Assembly: GCA_043814985.1 (NCBI GenBank)
Contig: JBDRJK010000021.1
Location: 1-64,000 of the forward strand
Origin: Candidatus Aenigmatarchaeota archaeon
GTDB lineage: Archaea; Aenigmatarchaeota; Aenigmatarchaeia; Aenigmatarchaeales; Aenigmatarchaeaceae
Length of the DNA: 64,000 bases
Direction: 5' to 3'
Shown: positions 9,401 through 18,826 of the stretch, in pieces
Numbering within the stretch: the stretch's first letter is position 1
Layout of the letters: every line of letters starts with the position of its first letter
Notes under the pieces: generated by a model
Databases searched by the model: none
The model's input: the letters and a program-made list of their open reading frames with translations, nothing else
What the model was told of the DNA's origin: nothing
Program-made: the position numbers and the translations under genes

Positions 9401-12400
9401 GGTAACAGTCGTTGTGTCGCTATCATAACCAGCACCCGCATTTACTGTAACAGTGGCAGTGCCTGGCGAGGACGAGCTTATGGTCCTAGAGCATTTGCCA
9501 TTAGCATCAGCTGTGCAGCCGGATCTGTCAATGGTGCCTAAGTTTGTTGAGAAAGCTATGTATAGAGTTGGATAAGATGGGTTTGTTTGTGCTGTTAAGG
9601 TTGATGTTCCACCTACTGGTATTGATGATGGTGAAGCAGAAACTGATAAAGATGGAGAGGAGCTTCCACAAGAAGCATCAGCAACGCATCTGCTTGTTCC
9701 CAAACCATCGGATGGAGTACAACCAGTAGGAGTGCATGTCCTTGTTCTCTGTCTTTGTGTAGAGGAACAAGAACCTCCTCCACACGATCTTGATACCCAG
9801 CCAGTGCAGGAGCAGGTTGAAGATGCTGGTGGAATAACCAAACCTAAATCTTTGTAACGTTGCCAGTTCTCATCATCTTCTCTAAGCCAAATAAAGTTGA
9901 TTATAATTATGTCAGGATCAGATATGGAACGATCATAGCAATATTCAAGGAACTCATTGAGCTCAGCTACTTCCGAACTATCAAACTCGTTTCTCTCCCT
10001 ATAGTCTGCGCCAACCTCAGTGTTCGCCATCCAGGTTACACCGTTATCAATGAAGTGCTGCATATCAGCCTTTGCACTCTCTACAGTTTCATCATTGAAG
10101 TATGCGTGTATTCCTTGGTAGAATTTATTTTGAGGATCATTGATTTTATCGTAGGTATGCATCCAGAACCTGTCCATAACCAATATATTCGTTATTCCAG
10201 CTTGCCGAAGTTTCATTGTCATGTCATCCATAGTGTCATAAAAGTCATAGCCATTGCTTTCTAAGTTAAACCGTGATAAGACGCTGTCCGGACCAGTTAA
10301 GGATAATTCATTGGAAAGTTCGTACCAGACCCTGTGAGAATATTCTTTGTTGTTGGTTTGTTCTAGGTTCTCGACTTGGTTCTGCGTGGAAATTATGTCA
10401 TTTATTGCAGTTTGATAATTCTGCATGAATCTAACTGCACCTGAAGAATCTGGAGGATAAACATGATTTCGATCAACAATAATTATCCAATCATCTGGGG
10501 TGTTCTCAAGATAGTGTTCTATGTAAGAAAATCTGTATGGATGAACAGTTGACGCCCATGAAGGATTATATGGTAGACGGAAAATTTTCATGTTATTTTC
10601 ACTCATAAGATTTAAGACGTTGTCTATTTCTGATATTGAAGAAAAATATCCACTAAAACCAATTAAAGGGATGTTTGTTGAAGTTGTTGTTGGTTCTTCT
10701 GATTGTTTACAGCAGCACACACCAGAGGAACAGCCGTTCTGGTCGATGGATTTTTCATCTGACGAACAGGTGGCTGTTGATGATGGAGGTTTTGTTGTTA
10801 TCGGGCTTTTGCTTAAAATAATGTCGTCAAAGTAAACCGTCTTTGTAGACTCTACTACATCAGTATAATGTTTGACAGGTATCCAGTTGAATTCGTCCTG
10901 CTTGAACCGAGTCTGTATATTTCTCCAGTTCACAACTTTTGTTCCATCGATCCACACCTCAACCACTCCGTTTGTCGGATGGCGCACTACATGATATTGC
11001 ATAGTGTGCCAAACTCCCCTGGTGAAATAAAAATCAGTGATTGCATCTTCCGAGTCAACTATCATCCCGTTTTCTACCTTTTGTCTGCCTAACTTGAACC
11101 TTAGTTCGTTTCCCTCGAATACAGGTTCGATACGCAAAGTGTTCTGTTCGTCAACATACTCGAACATTAGGCCTTGGAAAACAAACCATTCGTTTACTCC
11201 TGTGAGTAAGAAATCTGATGGAAAAAGGATTTTCACTTGTACCCAGTATTCTGCTTCACTGAGATATTGAATAACCTCTGTTGATCTGGCTGTGGCTGTT
11301 TCTCCTGGCGCAGTGACTTTTAGCACCCTGTTTCCACTATTTTCTGGATCATAAGCAAAACTGATAGTTTCTGGACGATATATATGACCTTCGCCCCATC
11401 CCGTGAGTTCTCCGCCGACCAGCTGTGTCGTCGAAAAGTCATCTTGCAAAATTATGTCTTCAGATGTTCCTTCCCCTCCTCCTGAAGTTCCTCCTTCTGC
11501 AAGAGCATTCTTCAATACCTGACCCGAAGCTGTTGGAGTTTCCCAATCATAAGCCAACAAAGCATGATTTTCCCCTTCTGCATTTGCACCTCCACCAGTG
11601 TCTTGTATCCTAAGCCACCACCATGCAACATATCCCATACTCCAATCAGTTCCATCATTGTTTTCTTGTCCGTTGGCGATTCTAGTCATTAGTCTAACAA
11701 ATTCAACTTCGTCTTGGTTTCTATAATCTCCGCCAAACTCCTGAACCATTATCGGAGCTTTATCAAGAACGTAATCCCATCCCCAATCTCTTATTTCATC
11801 TTTTATTCCTTGAACTGTATCATGTCCACCGAACTCATGTGCATATTGGTGATAAACATAAACAAGGTTTTCTCCATCTAAGAAGTCAATATTAGGATTG
11901 TCCCGGATTGGACGAGCATCATGGCTCCACCCTTGAACTGCAACCATAATCAGATTTTTTGCTCCTGTCGAACGAATAGCGTCTATAGCTAGTTGAATTG
12001 CATCCCACCATTCTTCGTCTGTAACATCATGCGGTTCGTTCCAGGGACCAAATATGACATAAGGATTGTCTTTGTAAAGGTTGGCTATTTCTTTCCAAGT
12101 TTCAATCCAATCATCTATGTTAGGAGGCATTCTCATTAATTGTCCACTGTAGTCATGCTCATGAGGATATGTAATAGGGTCACCTCTAACCCACCAAATC
12201 AATGAAAGATCAGTGTAGATTCCACGTTCAGCTCCCCAGTCAATTGCTTGTTGCATCTCCAGTCTGTTTTTTCCTTCCTCCCAATACTCTCTAGTGAACG
12301 GAACCCTGACATAATTCGCTCCCCATTTTTCTATTTCATCCCAAGCATGTTCTGTCCAATCAATCTCAGTTGCTGGGTCACGTCCTGGTTTTGCTATCCA

Positions 12401-12793
12401 ATTCAATCCAGGACGGTTTACTCCACGAAGAAACACAACATTATTGTTAGAATCCTTGATCCACCTTCCTTCTGTTTTTAATTCACCATCAGAAGGAGGC
12501 TCTACTGGCGGTGTTCCAGAAAATCTGCAAGTTCCTGAGTAAGATGCGCCGAATTGCAATTGGCATGCTTGGTTGCAATTCTCACTTGGTGTAATATCAT
12601 CTGGAGGCGTAGTATCATCAGGAATATTGCCAAAGACTGTTGAAATAGCAGTGTTTATAAGATCCATTGCTTCATGTTCTCCTTCTGTCGTAAAAGCAAG
12701 CCCATAGTTTATAATAATCATAAAAGCGCTCGCGCCTAATAATGCTAACAAGACAACTGTGAAAAAGCCCCATGTACCTCCCTTAAAGGCCAT
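6473..12793 (-). CDS. giant secreted multi-domain hydrolase: class III-like signal, 4 GH5/clan-A-like barrels, lyase/ConA-like domain, 2 TSP1-like repeats, Big_1 Ig domain, M14 Zn-carboxypeptidase
   Basis: MAFKG|GTWGFF..hydrophobic. Acid/base motifs WNEP, SNEL, LNEP, LNEA with downstream nucleophile-like EFG/EVG/EFG/EWG. M14 motifs HGNE, NLNRNF, LH and IEF. Confidence 0.85.
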   Translation of the reverse strand: MAFKGGTWGFFTVVLLALLGASAFMIIINYGLAFTTEGEHEAMDLINTAISTVFGNIPDDTTPPDDITPSENCNQACQLQFGASYSGTCRFSGTPPVEPPSDGELKTEGRWIKDSNNNVVFLRGVNRPGLNWIAKPGRDPATEIDWTEHAWDEIEKWGANYVRVPFTREYWEEGKNRLEMQQAIDWGAERGIYTDLSLIWWVRGDPITYPHEHDYSGQLMRMPPNIDDWIETWKEIANLYKDNPYVIFGPWNEPHDVTDEEWWDAIQLAIDAIRSTGAKNLIMVAVQGWSHDARPIRDNPNIDFLDGENLVYVYHQYAHEFGGHDTVQGIKDEIRDWGWDYVLDKAPIMVQEFGGDYRNQDEVEFVRLMTRIANGQENNDGTDWSMGYVAWWWLRIQDTGGGANAEGENHALLAYDWETPTASGQVLKNALAEGGTSGGGEGTSEDIILQDDFSTTQLVGGELTGWGEGHIYRPETISFAYDPENSGNRVLKVTAPGETATARSTEVIQYLSEAEYWVQVKILFPSDFLLTGVNEWFVFQGLMFEYVDEQNTLRIEPVFEGNELRFKLGRQKVENGMIVDSEDAITDFYFTRGVWHTMQYHVVRHPTNGVVEVWIDGTKVVNWRNIQTRFKQDEFNWIPVKHYTDVVESTKTVYFDDIILSKSPITTKPPSSTATCSSDEKSIDQNGCSSGVCCCKQSEEPTTTSTNIPLIGFSGYFSSISEIDNVLNLMSENNMKIFRLPYNPSWASTVHPYRFSYIEHYLENTPDDWIIIVDRNHVYPPDSSGAVRFMQNYQTAINDIISTQNQVENLEQTNNKEYSHRVWYELSNELSLTGPDSVLSRFNLESNGYDFYDTMDDMTMKLRQAGITNILVMDRFWMHTYDKINDPQNKFYQGIHAYFNDETVESAKADMQHFIDNGVTWMANTEVGADYRERNEFDSSEVAELNEFLEYCYDRSISDPDIIIINFIWLREDDENWQRYKDLGLVIPPASSTCSCTGWVSRSCGGGSCSSTQRQRTRTCTPTGCTPSDGLGTSRCVADASCGSSSPSLSVSASPSSIPVGGTSTLTAQTNPSYPTLYIAFSTNLGTIDRSGCTADANGKCSRTISSSSPGTATVTVNAGAGYDSDTTTVTFSGDSCMAMGINYISGGNAWSESDSQLNADFSRFANDGIKHISVRVMWSVMEPNYNSGNAQLSTGNLNNIKRVLNAANNNGIKVNLDFWTQFGWNLGFPSWAGTNYFSLLLNPTKSYWLRYVKAVVAELKDYPALESWAILNEPWYNTADQRAPMEQLIRDTYDAIESVDNSHTIICRFTLSYTPGSGKYSDSLYDVFDVFALTIYLDPSNPNANEGNGRWSHWDNTISDLKTRNKSLWIIEFGDDNTNLEQNRIHYTQSLQKFEEAGIVQRAYAWAWETRRTGLDEGFNIYGAGGPEPAYDELVDFQSQIDQTCTGGTTSDGFGVGVNYYFWDAPSNSRIESDFEMFRQHGIKYVSVRLIWQVLEPVLGQYSTSTLNALRQILTVAEQKGINVQIDFHTITPSALWTVPYLQVGGQISGSTRQIATNPTYRQYYLNMIDYYTKGLASYPKHSYSILNEAGRVESNSDTQLYNQWMDYWDDAVAVVQSNDPESKVTFRYSLPDSPYAINGPVFDAERYKNTFDYISINHYLDGRYDNSVAWDSNWQSVEDAVADAHNAGMELWATEWGGNENGPVKTVAFYQATLQKMKDLGVDVALAFMYVPAPQGGTEEWNIRDYPELFDVMQSFASESQQTTCSCTDWVSGSCGGGSCSSTQRQRTRTCTPSGCIASDGYGASRCVADSSCGSTLPTYELPDFPSITWAQWRDRAEKESLWMELWNAHGLSNKIHVAGKSVQGRNIYLFEAGNPNAPALFIDAQLHGNEDHAHEILLRFAYWLLNGEDTGDATAQDIMQNNRVLFMPIVNTDMSNIYTNTFKRCNANNVNLNRNFVEGWGRNGGNDPVNCGALGDYMGPSAGSEPETQTVKNVFRTYSPMVYINLHTGLQMASAYGNQALANQIIQGAPSFSSYFRAGHTSSTGRAYSVTDAIVDSPGSSAWLIEFFPNNWRHEQANLNMIEDTYYPRFKEFMISAFNAIQN
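7345..7500 (-). repeat. TSP1-like Cys-rich repeat, copy 2 (copy 1 at about 9665-9820)
   Basis: TCSCTxWVSxSCGGGSCSSTQRQRTRTCTPxGC..SDGxGxSRCVADxSCGS occurs twice, with clear DNA similarity. Confidence 0.85.
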
Positions 12794-12848
12794 ATATAGA
12801 AATATCAATTGTCTGGCTTATAAATTTCAAGGAATTGTGATATGAGAA

Positions 12849-15479
12849 TCAACTTAAGTACAACAAAAATTCCTCGTACCTAATCATGCCTTCGCTCTCT
12901 CCTGCTAATGCTATCGTATATGTTCCTTCAGGTGTTCCTGGTTCCACTTCAATTGTCATCATAGAACCGGGCGGCCCTTCAACAGGGTTAGTGTCAAAGC
13001 TGACAGTTATTCCTGTTACTTGTGGGTAAATGGTATAGCTAAGGTAAATGGGCTTTCTGTCAGGGCCCAAATAATCTATTGTTATGAAAGTTTCTAGGGT
13101 TTGGGTATCATCGAGGCTCTTGTCTATTTTCACTAATTGCGATTTGACTCCTTCCTGATTCTCTGCTTTATCAACTGAGAAATACCTCACATAGCTTGTT
13201 CCCCCCGACAGGATGAATGTGGAATAATATATTGATTCAGAAGGGTCACACCAGTCATTATTAGCATAGCAATAAAAAGTTTTATCACAGCCACTAACAT
13301 CATCCGAGCATTTTAGCGATATGCTGACATCTCTGTTATACCAGCACTGGTCAAGGCAGGTCTGGTCATTGCACTGTATTGTTGTTATTGGTGGGAAAAT
13401 GTCAGCACATTTTATATCATAGCTACAAGAGTATGAACCTTCAGTACATCTTTCAAAGTCCTCGCAGTCGTCATGGAGATTAAATTCATTGGAAACTGTT
13501 GCGCCATTGCACAGATAGCTGGAGCCAGAGCAATACCTGTCTTGATAGCTCACGTATACGTCATCCCCACAAGCAGTTCCGTCGCGGCACTCATAGACAG
13601 CATCGTAATTCTCATCGCAAAGATATGTGTCTTGCCTGTATAAGTCAGTGGGGCATGTTGAGCTCGAGCCAGTACAGTATTCTGTTAAATCGCAGGTTCC
13701 TCTAGAAGCCCTGCATGGAAAATTAGATTCCCTGTAGTTGCAGCCATCACAGCAAACTCCAGACGAGCATTCGCAGTCACAGCTGGGATCATAGCTACAA
13801 GAGGATGAACCTTCAGTACATCTTTCAGTGTCTGAGCAACCATCATAAAACTGGTAGTTGGTCCAGTTTGTTGCGCCATTGCACAGATAGCTGGAGCCAG
13901 AGCAATGTCTCTCATTATACCTCACGGCTACATCATCGCCACACTCAGTTCCCCAATAACAACTATAGTCAGTCTGATAATAATAATTGCAGATATAGCT
14001 GGAAGACCTGAAATTGCCGCTGGTGTCGCAGCATGGTCCAGAGCCTGGTGCGCAATCATTTTGTGTGATTTGTGTAAAGGTGACAGTCGTTGTATCAGGT
14101 TCATAGCCACCTGCATCTGCTGTCACAGTTGCAGTGCCTGCTGTATTAGAGGTTATTGTCACAGAGTACTTTCCTGTGCTGTCGGCTGTGCCTGATGATC
14201 TTGACAGAGTGCCTAGAGTTGTTGAGAAAACTATGTACAATCCTACATTAACCGGGTTTGAGTATGCTGTAAGTGTTGATGTTGTTGTACCGTCTGCTGG
14301 TACGGAGGATGGTGAAGCAATCAATGTTAATCTAGGTTCTCCTCCAGAACTTTGACATGTTCCACTAATACAAGTATCAGTTCCAGAACATGTTCCACAG
14401 CTTCCACTACAACCATCAGACCCACAATTCTTTCCTACACAGTTGGGTGTACAATCAAAATATGCGATAAATGTACCTACCACACCTGCCAATGCGTTGA
14501 ATGACGGCAAGGGGCTAAAAGTCTGAGTGTAACCGTTTGATGCCCACATATAATCTAAAGCATAGCCGGGGTAGTTAGAAGCTGATATTGATACATAGGT
14601 GCCAGCAGCAACTGTTATTGTTTTGCTTGTTGATGTGCATTGGCTGTTAAGACATATCTGGCCCCAGTTCTGAGGCGAAACCATGATTGTATATGTGGCA
14701 TCGTCTTCAGCAATAAGATTGCATTCCCCGTTTTGACATTCATATCCATTTGAACATGTTCCGCAGTTAATCGTCCCTCCGCAACCATTATTCTGAACTC
14801 CACATTCGTAACCAAGACTCCAGCACGTGTTAGGACATTCACACTTGCAGTTTTCATTACAAAAACCATCGCCAACACATAGGTTATCATTTCGTATTGT
14901 AGTACCACAGCCACCAGACATGGTACAACCAGATTCACAACATTCACTTCTACAATTGCAGAATTCCTCTTCCCAACAGGAACAATAGAAGCTTGGGTCT
15001 TTATTGTATCCAATTCCAAAATTTACACAACTATAGTGGCATGTCTCGCCAGCACAAAAGGGAAAACCATTACAAAGGTTTATATTTTGACCAATACCAG
15101 CTACACTATATCCTTCTTGTTCGCATTTGTAATCGCATGGCTGAACAGGACATTGTGCCGGACAATTACAGTAATCACAATGAACATCATCCCAGCAGTA
15201 ACATATTATCCATTCAGAACCAAGACGTTCAGAGCAGTCACTAGGACCAATCTCATGACAATTATAGCGGCATGTCTCGCCAGTACAATAAGGAAAACCA
15301 CTACAAGGATTTGGATCTCTAAAACTACATCCTCCATAATCATAACCACTGCATGCATCAGTACATTCTGAGGCAATAACCCCCGTTGAAAATAAGAGAA
15401 AGATGTTTAAGGATAAAAATAATACAAGGTATTTACATATTGGATTTTTACTGATATTTATCACCATTGAAACCTTCAT
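12849..15479 (-). CDS. secreted Cys-rich surface protein with disintegrin-like repeats and Big_1 Ig domain
   Basis: N-terminal signal peptide; CCDGCNYRESNFPCRASRGTCDLTEYCTGSSSTCPTD; Ig segment similar to that of the 2100-aa protein; internal repeat at about 13420-13535 and 13790-13905. Confidence 0.8.
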   Translation of the reverse strand: MKVSMVINISKNPICKYLVLFLSLNIFLLFSTGVIASECTDACSGYDYGGCSFRDPNPCSGFPYCTGETCRYNCHEIGPSDCSERLGSEWIICYCWDDVHCDYCNCPAQCPVQPCDYKCEQEGYSVAGIGQNINLCNGFPFCAGETCHYSCVNFGIGYNKDPSFYCSCWEEEFCNCRSECCESGCTMSGGCGTTIRNDNLCVGDGFCNENCKCECPNTCWSLGYECGVQNNGCGGTINCGTCSNGYECQNGECNLIAEDDATYTIMVSPQNWGQICLNSQCTSTSKTITVAAGTYVSISASNYPGYALDYMWASNGYTQTFSPLPSFNALAGVVGTFIAYFDCTPNCVGKNCGSDGCSGSCGTCSGTDTCISGTCQSSGGEPRLTLIASPSSVPADGTTTSTLTAYSNPVNVGLYIVFSTTLGTLSRSSGTADSTGKYSVTITSNTAGTATVTADAGGYEPDTTTVTFTQITQNDCAPGSGPCCDTSGNFRSSSYICNYYYQTDYSCYWGTECGDDVAVRYNERHCSGSSYLCNGATNWTNYQFYDGCSDTERCTEGSSSCSYDPSCDCECSSGVCCDGCNYRESNFPCRASRGTCDLTEYCTGSSSTCPTDLYRQDTYLCDENYDAVYECRDGTACGDDVYVSYQDRYCSGSSYLCNGATVSNEFNLHDDCEDFERCTEGSYSCSYDIKCADIFPPITTIQCNDQTCLDQCWYNRDVSISLKCSDDVSGCDKTFYCYANNDWCDPSESIYYSTFILSGGTSYVRYFSVDKAENQEGVKSQLVKIDKSLDDTQTLETFITIDYLGPDRKPIYLSYTIYPQVTGITVSFDTNPVEGPPGSMMTIEVEPGTPEGTYTIALAGESEGMIRYEEFLLYLS

Positions 15480-16524
15480 TCTTTAGATACATTTCAAATA
15501 TAATAGAGTCATCTTTGACAATTTTGGTAACCAATATTTTTCCGTCATACCTGTAAAAATCAAATCTATTAGGATTATCTTCTTGTGAGGTTAAATATTC
15601 CAGTTCTGCATCATCTGAAGAAAATGGGAAAACCATTGCTTTGATTAAGGAGAATATGTTTTCAAAATCTGTTTCTGAAAAAATAATACTGGAAATTCCT
15701 GAGTCTAAATCATAATTTATTACGAGGTTTTCTTCCGAACCCTCACAAAAGATATTTAGAGAGTATTCATTCTGATACATGCGTATATAATCTAGTCTGC
15801 AAATACTCAAAATCTGAAAAGCTATTCTAGCTTTTTCATCAAAAGGGAGTTTCTCATCGACTATTATTGGGAAAGAATATGATGTTTTGTTCAAATTAAA
15901 GTTTAAAATTGTGTCATAGTAATTACAGGTAAGTTTTACAGACGAAAACATCTCTTCATTATGAACAAATTCATCATAATCATAAGGCGAGCAATTGTAG
16001 AATTCCTTTATGTCTTCATGAACAACATCAGTAAACTCTTCATCTCTACCGTTTTCAAGCTTAAAGTTGTCAACATCAAAATAATATATCTTAACTATTC
16101 CATTATCACAGTAAAAGAACAGATTGTTGTTTTTGGAGTAAAGGAAGTCGCAGTTGTTATTAGTCAAATCATTGAATACACCCGGTTGTTCCCTCAAAAA
16201 AGACCAGCCGTTCATGTCACTAATAATATTTCCGTTTTCAAATTCGGCATAGTATGGTCTGTCATTGCAAATCATCCAGAACTTGTCGCTGTCTAGGCTT
16301 AACTCCTCTCTTTTAATGTCGCAGAACTCTAGATCAGCTTCTAATAATTCCAAAACAGTTTCTCTGCCTAATGAATCTTGAAGGGAACTGTCCTTTGGTT
16401 CCCCATACAAATAATTTATTGACAAGAATATCGCAAATACTATTATCAGACTTATCAACAATGGCACAAAAACATTCAAGTCCAGTTTCAAGGCTCCAGT
16501 AGATTTTCTTTTTCTCATGGGCAT
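15448..16524 (-). CDS. membrane-anchored hypothetical protein (possible class III signal)
   Basis: RKRKSTG followed by a hydrophobic helix; lies in the pilus operon with overlapping neighbours. Confidence 0.7.
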   Translation of the reverse strand: MPMRKRKSTGALKLDLNVFVPLLISLIIVFAIFLSINYLYGEPKDSSLQDSLGRETVLELLEADLEFCDIKREELSLDSDKFWMICNDRPYYAEFENGNIISDMNGWSFLREQPGVFNDLTNNNCDFLYSKNNNLFFYCDNGIVKIYYFDVDNFKLENGRDEEFTDVVHEDIKEFYNCSPYDYDEFVHNEEMFSSVKLTCNYYDTILNFNLNKTSYSFPIIVDEKLPFDEKARIAFQILSICRLDYIRMYQNEYSLNIFCEGSEENLVINYDLDSGISSIIFSETDFENIFSLIKAMVFPFSSDDAELEYLTSQEDNPNRFDFYRYDGKILVTKIVKDDSIIFEMYLKNEGFNGDKYQ

Positions 16525-17402
16525 ACCACCTTAAAGGTTACTGAACCAGGGTCGACTGTTAAACCAAAATCGAATTCAAGCTCATCATCACCTGTTATTT
16601 CCTTCTTATACTTGAATCTTAGTTCAACATACTCATAAGGAATTAATGCATTAATGGAACTAGGTTCCCCTGGTTTCAAAGGTGCCAGGCAATACGCGTC
16701 AGAATGAGGACAATAGCCTACAATGGTTATCTCCACAATATTTTCGTCTATGTTTGCTATCCTGTTGAAATCTAAGCCAACAAATCTGGGGTCCCCGCTT
16801 CCTTTCAGATTATACAATTCATTCACAAGAGCTCCAGGATTGCTTAGAATATCTTCAAAATGAGAATCCTCCATTATGGCCCTGCCTGCATTAAGCAGTT
16901 TGAAGTAATTGGAGTCTATTATAGAATCAATTTTATGGTCAACAGATATTCTAGCATCAATGCCTTCGTCATAAAAAGAAATGTACCTGCTTCCCCTTAC
17001 AAAAAATTGCGTCGAGGCATGGTCATTAACGTCTATTTCAGCCTCATCGAAATTTACGCTTATGCTTCCCTTTTCATAGGACTTGGGCATGTTCCTCTTT
17101 ATCCTTCTCACCAGTTCATCTTCTAGGGTTTGGATTTTGGGATAATCTGGTGTCCAGAAATCCTCGTATTCCAGGCCGCCAGTTTTACCCAGTTCAAAGG
17201 CAGCTCTCTGAGAAATGAAATATAAACTCTGGTCAAATGACTTCAAAAGAAGTTCAGCCTGGTTTGAAAATGATAACAGCTTGCCCTCTACAGTCACTAT
17301 GTTCCTTTCAACATTGTATCCCATGTTCAGTCTCAGCAAGAACAGACTGGTGAGTATGAGTGTTATTCCCACGAAAGCATATGCCCAAACCTGACCTTTC
17401 AT
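16515..17402 (-). CDS. minor pilin-like protein
   Basis: MKG|QVWAYAFVGITLIL. Confidence 0.8.
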   Translation of the reverse strand: MKGQVWAYAFVGITLILTSLFLLRLNMGYNVERNIVTVEGKLLSFSNQAELLLKSFDQSLYFISQRAAFELGKTGGLEYEDFWTPDYPKIQTLEDELVRRIKRNMPKSYEKGSISVNFDEAEIDVNDHASTQFFVRGSRYISFYDEGIDARISVDHKIDSIIDSNYFKLLNAGRAIMEDSHFEDILSNPGALVNELYNLKGSGDPRFVGLDFNRIANIDENIVEITIVGYCPHSDAYCLAPLKPGEPSSINALIPYEYVELRFKYKKEITGDDELEFDFGLTVDPGSVTFKVVCP

Positions 17403-17905
17403 TTTACATACACCCAAAGCTTTAATTCAACATCTGTTCCGTCCAATGTAAACAATTTTGTTGAGCTCTCCTGAACGCGCAGCGGAGTCCTGGGCAGTGA
17501 TGGCATGTTCTCTTGGACAATTATTATTTCCCTTGTGCCGGTGACTGCTTTTAACAGGTAAGGCTCGTCAATCCTTGAGGACAAGAAGTTTTCACAAACC
17601 GAGCTCAAGTCTATTAAATTGCCTTCCAACCATACTACAGTGTTTTCCTGGATCGCCACTGCGTTCAGTATCTTTTTTATTGGCATTCCATTATTCTCGT
17701 ACTCCATCAGTGATAGTAATGTTGTGTCATATCTAACAGGATTGAAAAATAAGGTTAGCTCAACGGTTCTCGTTGTTGCAACGCCCAAATTAGTCTCGAC
17801 ATTATAGAGGAGAATAAAGGCCCACAAAATAAGCATTGAAAGCATTATCACTCCTAATAGGACGAATATCGAGAATATGTCTGAGAAAAGCTGGAATCCC
17901 TTCAT
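17399..17905 (-). CDS. minor pilin-like protein
   Basis: MKG|FQLFSDIFSIFVLLGVI; overlapping start and stop with neighbours. Confidence 0.8.
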   Translation of the reverse strand: MKGFQLFSDIFSIFVLLGVIMLSMLILWAFILLYNVETNLGVATTRTVELTLFFNPVRYDTTLLSLMEYENNGMPIKKILNAVAIQENTVVWLEGNLIDLSSVCENFLSSRIDEPYLLKAVTGTREIIIVQENMPSLPRTPLRVQESSTKLFTLDGTDVELKLWVYVK

Positions 17906-18300
17906 AGCCTAACCACCAACTCGCCAGGGACTTTCTGGCCATTCCCTAATTCAACCAGGACATCAAAAACCGCCTTGTCATCCATGAAAGGCTCTGAGCC
18001 CAGGAGCACTGTCCTGCTGAAACTTTCGGTTGTTATCTCTATTTCTCCAGCAGGGTAGTCGAAGCAAGAATCAAGGCTGTCTATTTTTGACTGTAGTATT
18101 ATGCCCTTCATCCCGTTATTCAGGCAAGGGGATGACATCAGGGCATTTCCTAAAACATACGCTTCCCTGTTCGCGTCGTTCCTGTAAACAGTAATCTCAT
18201 AAGTTACATAGGTGAAGAATATCGCCAAGGCTCCCATTACCATCAGTGCTATCTGCACTAATTTTATGAAAGTCGATGTTAATTCGGACTGTCCTTTCAT
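17902..18300 (-). CDS. minor pilin-like protein
   Basis: MKG|QSELTSTFIKLVQIALMV. Confidence 0.8.
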   Translation of the reverse strand: MKGQSELTSTFIKLVQIALMVMGALAIFFTYVTYEITVYRNDANREAYVLGNALMSSPCLNNGMKGIILQSKIDSLDSCFDYPAGEIEITTESFSRTVLLGSEPFMDDKAVFDVLVELGNGQKVPGELVVRL

Positions 18301-18302
18301 CT

Positions 18303-18794
18303 TTACACCGATATTGTTTCTGCTTTTGGATATTCAGGGGTTGGGGCACCAATAGATAGGAAGCAAGTCCCATCACTTCTCTCTATCTTTTTAACAGTTA
18401 TTGTTTGCTTCAAGCCTCTCTTGAGCTTTATTTCTTGTTCATATATTTCACAGTCAGATGCAAATGCAGTTGGCTCTATTGTTGCAAACTTTGCCTTCAG
18501 GTAATAGTCCCCAGGAGGAATAATATGGACGTAGTTCACACCATCCTCTTCATAAACACTTATAGTGTATGCCTGCCCTGTTGTTTCAGTGCTTGCCACG
18601 AACTCTCCTGGTGCGAAACTGCCTATTGACATGCTTGATGTTAGCCAGTTTTGAAGCAGGATAGGCTCTACGAACATGAGATAATAGAAGGTGTTGCTTG
18701 CAATGCCCTCTTGCCCGAACAGGGTTACCAGTATTACTAAGAGAACAATGACTTCTGCAACAAATTTTAGAAAATCCTTTGTTATTTCACTCAT
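18303..18794 (-). CDS. membrane-anchored pilus-locus protein
   Basis: N-terminal hydrophobic helix without a KG leader. Confidence 0.7.
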   Translation of the reverse strand: MSEITKDFLKFVAEVIVLLVILVTLFGQEGIASNTFYYLMFVEPILLQNWLTSSMSIGSFAPGEFVASTETTGQAYTISVYEEDGVNYVHIIPPGDYYLKAKFATIEPTAFASDCEIYEQEIKLKRGLKQTITVKKIERSDGTCFLSIGAPTPEYPKAETISV

Positions 18795-18826
18795 AAAATA
18801 TAATTCATTTGGTATTTAATTATAGG

